DNA from: Candidatus Doudnabacteria bacterium
GTDB lineage: Bacteria; Patescibacteriota; Doudnabacteria; UBA920
Direction of reading: 5' to 3'
Length of the DNA stretch: 64,000 nucleotides
Assembly (NCBI GenBank): GCA_963768175.1
Contig: CAVYGQ010000001.1
Location: 510,305 to 574,304 of the forward strand
Positions 57,855-64,000 of the stretch are shown here, piece after piece. Both the position numbers and the translations under genes were made by a program. The notes below the pieces were generated by a model. It ran no database searches. It was given only the letters and a program-made list of their open reading frames with translations, and had not been told where the DNA came from. Positions within the stretch are counted from its first letter, which is position 1, and the number at the start of each line of letters is the position of its first letter.

Positions 57855-60513
57855 AAAAATAGTTTAACAATCAAGCTTACGGCTGCGGTCTTTGCTTTGT
57901 CCGTATTTGGGGCGGCAGGCACGGCTTTAGCTGCCACGCCGATTTTACAGGTAACCCAAAGCGGCAACAGCTATGTGCTTACGGTCAATAATGCCGATGC
58001 CAATGCCACGGTGAGCCTATACGAAAAACAGAGCGCTTCGCTATGGTCGGTAATCAGCAGTTGGGGCCAAACAAGCAGCAGCGGTAGCTTTAGTGCCACG
58101 CAGCCTTTGGCGTTTGACGGCAGCGGTAACGCCCTGCAATTGTATGTAATGGTCGACGGCCTGCAATCCTCTATAGTCAATGTTTATTCCAGCGGCACCT
58201 GTACCACCAACTGCGGCACCGGCACGCTTAGCCTAAGCCAGATGCTGGTAAATTTAAGCACCAACCAGACCAATGTTGTTACGGCCTACCCGACCAGCGG
58301 CAACATTTACGTTTCCGGCAACAGCAACGCCAATGCCGTAAATTACTCCTTAAACGGCAACCAAATCACCGTAACGGGTGTGGCCACGGGCAGCAGCATT
58401 ATTACCGTCTGCTCAAATGGCGGCAGCCAGTGCGGCACCATAACGGTTTCGGTTAACGGCGCGACTACCACCGGCATCACTTTTGACAACAGCAGCCCCA
58501 CCATTACGCTCGGCCAAAGCCTGAACGTCAATATTTACAGCAGCACGGGCAGCAGCAACGGCTTTTACGTTTCCAGCAACAGCAATGCCAACTCCGTAAA
58601 CGTCACGCAAAGCGGCAGCACGCTGACGATTTACGGCCAGCAGGTCGGCACGGCCAGTATTTCCGTCTGCCAGACCGGCACGTCGTTTTGCGGTACGCTG
58701 TCAGTGACTGTGGGCAGCAACGGCGGCCAAGCCGGCATGACCATAAGCACCAACACGCTCACTTTGCGCCCGGCCAGAGCGGCACGGCCACCGTGTCCAA
58801 TACCTACGGCTCCCTCTACATTTTCAATAACTCCAACAGCAGCGTAATAAGCGCCGGCATCAGCGGCCAGACCGTGACTGTTTACGCGATAGTCGCAGGC
58901 TCAAGCACGTTGAGCATCTGCCAAAACGGCTATAGCGGCTGCGTCAGCCTGTACGTGCAGGTCAGCGGCAGCAACAACTCCATTAGCGGCAGTTTGTCGT
59001 TCGGCACGGCCAATCCGGTTTTAACTATCGGCCAAAGCCAGAGCGATACCATTTATCCCCCAAACGGCAACTCAAACGGCTTTTACATTTCCAGTAACAG
59101 CAACAGTAACGCGGTCAGTACCACAATCAGCGGTTCAACTTTAACGATGTTCGGCCAGAACACCGGTACGGCAACTATTAAAGTTTGCAGCAACGATAAT
59201 TCTTACTGCGGCAATGTTTACGCCACGGTCAACGGCTATAGCGGCGGCGTGACATTCAGCCAGAGCACGGTTAATTTGAATCTCAACCAAAACTCCAGCA
59301 TTACCGTATCCGGCGGCACCGGAAGCTATGTGCTAACCAGCAATACCGGCCCGAACGTGGTTGCGGCCTCATTGACCGGCAGCACGCTGTATTTGAACGC
59401 TTTAAATAACGGCAGCGCCACCATTACGGTTTGCCAAAGCGGCAACACTTCGGCCTGCGGCCAGGTTATTGTAACTGTCGGCGGTTCAAGCAACGGCAAC
59501 AACATTATTACCTTCAGCAACAGCAGCCCGGCCGTGGCAGTCGGCCAAAGCCAGACCGTAACCGTCTACACCACCAACGGCTGGACCGGAAATTATTCCG
59601 TAACAAGCAACAGCAATTCAAACGCGGCAACCGTCAGCGTAACAGGCACTTCAATTAACATTACCGGCATACAAAACGGCAGTACTATTATCACCGTTTG
59701 CCAAACCGGCAGTTCGGTTTGCGGCACCCTGACCGCCACAATCGGTACCGGCGCTACCTCCAGCCCGGTTACTTTTGCCACCACCGGCCTGCCAGCCGGA
59801 ACTGTGGGTTTAAGCTACGGCTACCAGCTTCAGGCCCAGGGCGGCGCGGGAAGTTACACTTATTTCCTACCTTCGGGAAGTTTGCCGGCCGGGATTACGC
59901 TTTCCACTGGCGGGTTAATCCAAGGCATCCCCACTGCCACCGGTACCACCAGTTTTACCCTACAGGTTACCGACAGCGGCGGCACCAGCCAAAACTTGAA
60001 TTTCAGCATTACCGTAAACCCCGCTTCTCCGTCTGCCACAACTCCACAAGCTGCAGGCAATGGCACTTATACAAACGGCCAACTGATTAACGAAAACGGC
60101 ACCATATCAATCGTATACAAAAACACCAAAACCCCCTTTGCCAATGCCGCGGCATTTTTGGGTCTGGGTTTTAAGTTCAGCGATGTGTGGCGGTCAGCAA
60201 TTCCGGCTTGCCGCTTTCCAATAAAATAGTAGTGACGGCCGACGGCGGCCACCCGCGCGGCAGCTGGCTGTTAGTCGGTTCTACGGTTTACTTCCTAACC
60301 CCGAACGGAATGATTCCGATACCAAGCTGGGCAATATTCCTCAGTAACGGCGGCCAAGCAGGTTTTCTGGTCAAGGCCAACAGTTACGACCTTAATTTCC
60401 CCAAACTTCCACTAATGGTAGACAATGATGCAAGGTTGAAAATAATGCTAAAAAGTGACCCCACCTCGACAGAGAGGACACCCGAAACCGCGGATCGAAA
60501 TCCCACCCTTTAA
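57735..60513 (+). CDS. Large secreted surface/S-layer-like protein with six Cys-pair Ig-like repeats, a putative Ig domain and C-terminal repeats; frameshifted
   Basis: Signal peptide (AGTALA) and repeats SNSN...G...I.VC.{5,7}C, across ORFs 57735..58847, 58688..60229 and 60187..60513. Confidence 0.8.
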
Positions 60514-60546
60514 ACAAGCGGTTTTTTTATAGGGCTATTAAGTCTC

Positions 60547-61602
60547 CTAATAAGCCTGTTTTTGGGCGTAACTGTTTACCTGCTTGCCACGCCACACTGG
60601 AAATATTTGATATTGTCGTTTGCAAGGACATGCAAGTCAGTACCTTTGGTCATAACACATAAAAGGTAAGGGTGCGTTAGGTGATAAATAACGCCGCAAT
60701 TGGACAAGGAAATTACCGGCCGTTCGGATTTGAGATATCCACGTTTCGCCGAATTTTTGGGCCACCACGGTCCCTTTGGCAGCGCCTGCCACCAAACCTT
60801 GGCTCTATTCGGCTTGGGACATTATTTTCAAAGCCTTTTCCGAATTACTCCCGGCTTAAATAGGTGGCGTTATAAAGTACCCGCAAGAGCAAAGAATATT
60901 GCTTTGCGGAAATAGCATAATTATTGTCGTTGTCCGGGTTAGGCAAGCCCAAGTCGGTATAAATCTCATTAAAACATTGCTGATTGATATTGTTCAAAAC
61001 ACATTTTTTGCCCCGTTGTCGGAAGAGATTATCATGGCTTCTATTAATTGTTCCACGGTATAACTCTTGCCGACTTGCAAATTTGAAGGGTTTCAAAAGG
61101 TACGCCGTTAATTTGATCCGCGGTGCTGGTGGAATATACCAAAGTTTTTTGCAAAACCGACGGATAGTTTCCGCTTCCTTATAAAATAAGTAATCATAAC
61201 GGCGACCTTCATCATGCTGGCCGGGGCGTAAGCGGTATTTTCGTTAATGCCCACCCAGCGGCCCAAAGTCAAATCGCGGAAATAAAAAGAAAAACCCTGC
61301 AATTGGGAATTATTCTTTCGGCTTACGGCGTTTTGTACTTCATTTATTAAGCAGGTATTCGTCAAATTCCTTAACATTGCCCGGAAGGTCATAGCCCAGC
61401 AAGGGATTAATATACTGTATAAGCATTGTCGTTTTGGCGCGAAGGCTTAACCTGGTCGGCGATATTTTTAATGACGCCATTGTATAAAAATGCCAACAGA
61501 CGGAAGCCACCAATATTCCGGCGATAAAAGCCAGAACGCAATAAACCACCAAACACGGCGATTTTGGAAAAATTTGGTTTTATTTTCGGAATCTTGTTGC
61601 AT
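60547..61602 (-). CDS. Serine hydrolase, class A beta-lactamase-like fold with N-terminal TM; multiply frameshifted
   Basis: Fragments SFYFRDL..G.W.GINE, APASMMK (SxxK), RVLYNATYLS, VAQKFGE and PYLLCVMTKG. Confidence 0.7.
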
Positions 61603-61700
61603 TGTAAATTTACAGATTCAATCTATAATTCCCAATTATAGCACACGCCTATGCAATACTGAAAGGTGAGCAAAGATTCCCTCAATTGCTCACCTAAATC

Positions 61701-61737
61701 AAAACCCCGCTCTGCCTTATGGCGGGGCGGGGTTTTT
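61701..61737 (-). terminator. Intrinsic terminator
   Basis: AAAACCCCGCTCTGCC-ttat-GGCGGGGCGGGGTTTT. Confidence 0.7.
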
Positions 61738-61779
61738 ATTTAGTTTCTTCAATTTCTTCTTATTTCTCAATTTCTACTT

Positions 61780-64000
61780 CTACGGGCTAAGCTGTCCGGT
61801 TACGCGGACAGACATAACGCCGGATTGCTGGAGAATATTTATCCGCGGCATTGGCCGGGACAACATCGGCAAGTTTATAGCCCCAGGTACCAAGCACATC
61901 CATGGAAGGGATACCCATTAAGCTAGCCGGGCCAACCAGTTGGACTGTGCCGTTGTTATTTACCAAAACGCCTGGGCGATGCGCGCTTGCGGCATCGCTG
62001 ATGTTGGAGTTCGTGGCCTAAAACGAGACATCGCCGGTAGTTGTGTGTTTAAAGCTAAAACCCAAACCGGTAAACACGGCGGCCGAAGTAAAGGCCGCCC
62101 TTTTGCCGCCGGTAATAAGATAGCAAGTGCCTTTTACGGCGTAGGAGTTGTCGGTCTGAGCAGACAATTTTGCCGTCCATGGGAGGAATAAACGCGCTAT
62201 CCTGACGTTAAAAGCCTCATCGGCCGCGTTAGCAGGCACTACCTGGCTAAACGACAAATAACCGTAAGACAAAACGCTCCGCCGGAAGTAAAGGCCCTGC
62301 GCGTCCCGTCCGGCATGACAAACCACACCGTGCCGTCCGAAGTCAAAACCGCCGACCCCGGGGCGTGCGCCCCTGCCGTGCCGGGCGCTTGAAGGCCGCC
62401 TCCATTTGAAGGAGGATTCAACAACCGTAGCCGATCCGACCGCAACAGTTACCGTTTGGGTAACCGTGCCGCCGCTGCCGGTAACAGTTAAAATATAAGT
62501 GGTAGTGACCGCAGGAGTCACGGTTTTTGTGCCGGAAACAGCCACAGTCCCAATCCCTTGGTTAATACTAACAGCCGTAGCGTTAGTGGTCGTCCAAGTC
62601 AAAATGGCCGACTGTCCGGTGGTAATAGTAGTATAGTTGGTGCTAAAAAGGCTGTAGGAGCCGGGCAGTATAAGACCCACCGCCGCCTCCACCTCCGCCG
62701 CCTCCGTAATAAGCCAAAGGACCAATACTGGCAGAAGTGGCGCTATCGTGCCCGTTGGCGGTAAATTTCAAAGTAAACGTTTCGTTTGGTTGAGAATAAG
62801 TTAAGGTGCTAAAGGTAGCCAACCCGGCTCCCCCGGCGGTATTTGCCGTGGCATTAGTTAAGGGCCGTTTTCTGAAACTACGCTCGCGGTAACAGTCACC
62901 CCATCGGCCACATTATTACCCTGCTGATCGACGACTTGGACAACCGGTTGGGTGGAAATCGGATAAATCGTATAAGTTCCGCTTCCTGCAGGCTGTGGGG
63001 TTATAGTTAGAGCATAAGCCGCACCGGGATTTAAAGCCAAAACCGAAGTTGTGGCGCTGTTGTAACCGTTAGACTGGAATTTTACGACAAACTGGCTTCG
63101 CCGTGATTTTTAAAATACTCCCAAGAAAGGTGGAAAAAGTAGCTAAACCGGATACCGTGGTTGTGGAAGTATTCCGCAAAACGCCGGTGCCCGATGTGGT
63201 AGTGGCGGTCACGCTAGTACCATCAGTCACATTATTGCCATAAACATCCTGGACTAAAATTACCGGCTGGGTTTGCAAAGCCGTATCTCAACTGTGCCGT
63301 TGGTGTTGGCAGTGCGGGCGTGTTTAAGGTTAAAACGCCGTTCCTGCTCGGATTGACAGTTATGCCGCTCTGACTGCCGGTCTTGGGGGAATCGGTCACG
63401 GTTACGCTCTGCGTGCCCGACTTTATCAGAACCAAGCCATTAGTAAAGGCATGGGTCCCCGCTGTCGCCGCCGATGAAAGTATAGGCGGAAGGCAAAGTG
63501 GCTGACGCGTCACTGGAAGAAAATGTGATAGTCCCCAAATAATCGGTCTTGATGTTATTATTGTGTCATAACCAATAACCACAGGCGTGGTGGTGCCGGC
63601 GGCAGTCGGGCTGGCAATGCCGGTTACGGTAAAGTGGTCAATTGCTCCGGGATTAACAGTTACCACGTTGGATGCCGGAGTTGGAGTCAGTGAGCCTGAA
63701 GACCCGATAATGGTAGTAGTGCCGGTTACGGTGCGGGTAACATTATTAAACGTCGCCAAACCGGAAACGGCATTAGTACCGGTGCCATTAATTACAAGAC
63801 CGGTATTCGGCGTAACCGTAACCGCATCTGTATCGGTGAGGTCTGGTTGCCGAACTGGTCGGTAATTTGAATGGTAAATAAGTCCAGGTTGTCCGGGCTG
63901 GCCGTAGCGGTAGTAGGCCGGTTGCTGTTATTGCCCTCATACCAACTTATTTTTTGTCCCCACGACCGTGGCCAATGTGCCAAAAATTAGTCGAGCCGTC
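61780..64000 (-). CDS. Large Thr/Ser-rich invasin/Ig-like surface protein, 3' part only, many frameshifts
   Basis: Fragments QPVVQVVDQQGN, QDVYGNNVTDG and GLATF; C-terminal repeats AHAPG.., AHRPGVLVNNNGTVQLV..VVPANAAD; stop after GQLSP at 61780. Confidence 0.7.

Noticed and set aside
60547-61602. Antibiotic-resistance beta-lactamase
   Set aside because: Only the fold motifs (SxxK, KFG) are visible in a membrane-anchored protein; a cell-wall peptidase-like role is at least as likely.
55087-64000. Many frameshifts in the ligase, surface proteins and serine hydrolase as phase variation or programmed frameshifting
   Set aside because: The breaks are scattered small indels, often in short homopolymers. 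They increase toward the window end and affect unrelated genes, which is most consistent with consensus sequencing error. Read-level polishing would decide.

Overview
Bacterial chromosome segment using genetic code 11. Gene content and style suggest a Patescibacteria/CPR (Parcubacteria-like) genome; this is an inference. From left to right: a partial large secreted Ig-repeat protein, gnd-zwf, an AI-2E transporter, typA, an AT-rich three-gene wHTH/HEPN-like island plus hicBA, holA, tRNA-Lys(CTT), an unusual nested tRNA-Arg(TCG) locus and a type IV pilus assembly operon (pilB-C-M-N-O). These are followed by a ~38 kb surface-glycan cluster: priming transferase, Wzx, many GTs, six methyltransferases, two GmhA/HddA/HddC/GmhB-like sets, a transaldolase and an O-antigen-ligase/TPR protein. 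The window ends with two large surface proteins and a serine hydrolase. The most striking unexplained structure is a family of short inverted-repeat cassettes, mostly ~100 bp, with NN-CCC...GGG-NN ends and unrelated interiors. They insert mainly at TT^AA/TG^AA sites and repeatedly leave the target functional: one is in frame in TypA, several supply new start/stop codons, and one carries a whole intact tRNA-Arg(TCG) inside a broken tRNA-Arg(TCG). Many frameshifts, especially after 55 kb, look like consensus sequencing errors. All family assignments come from motif recognition, not database searches.
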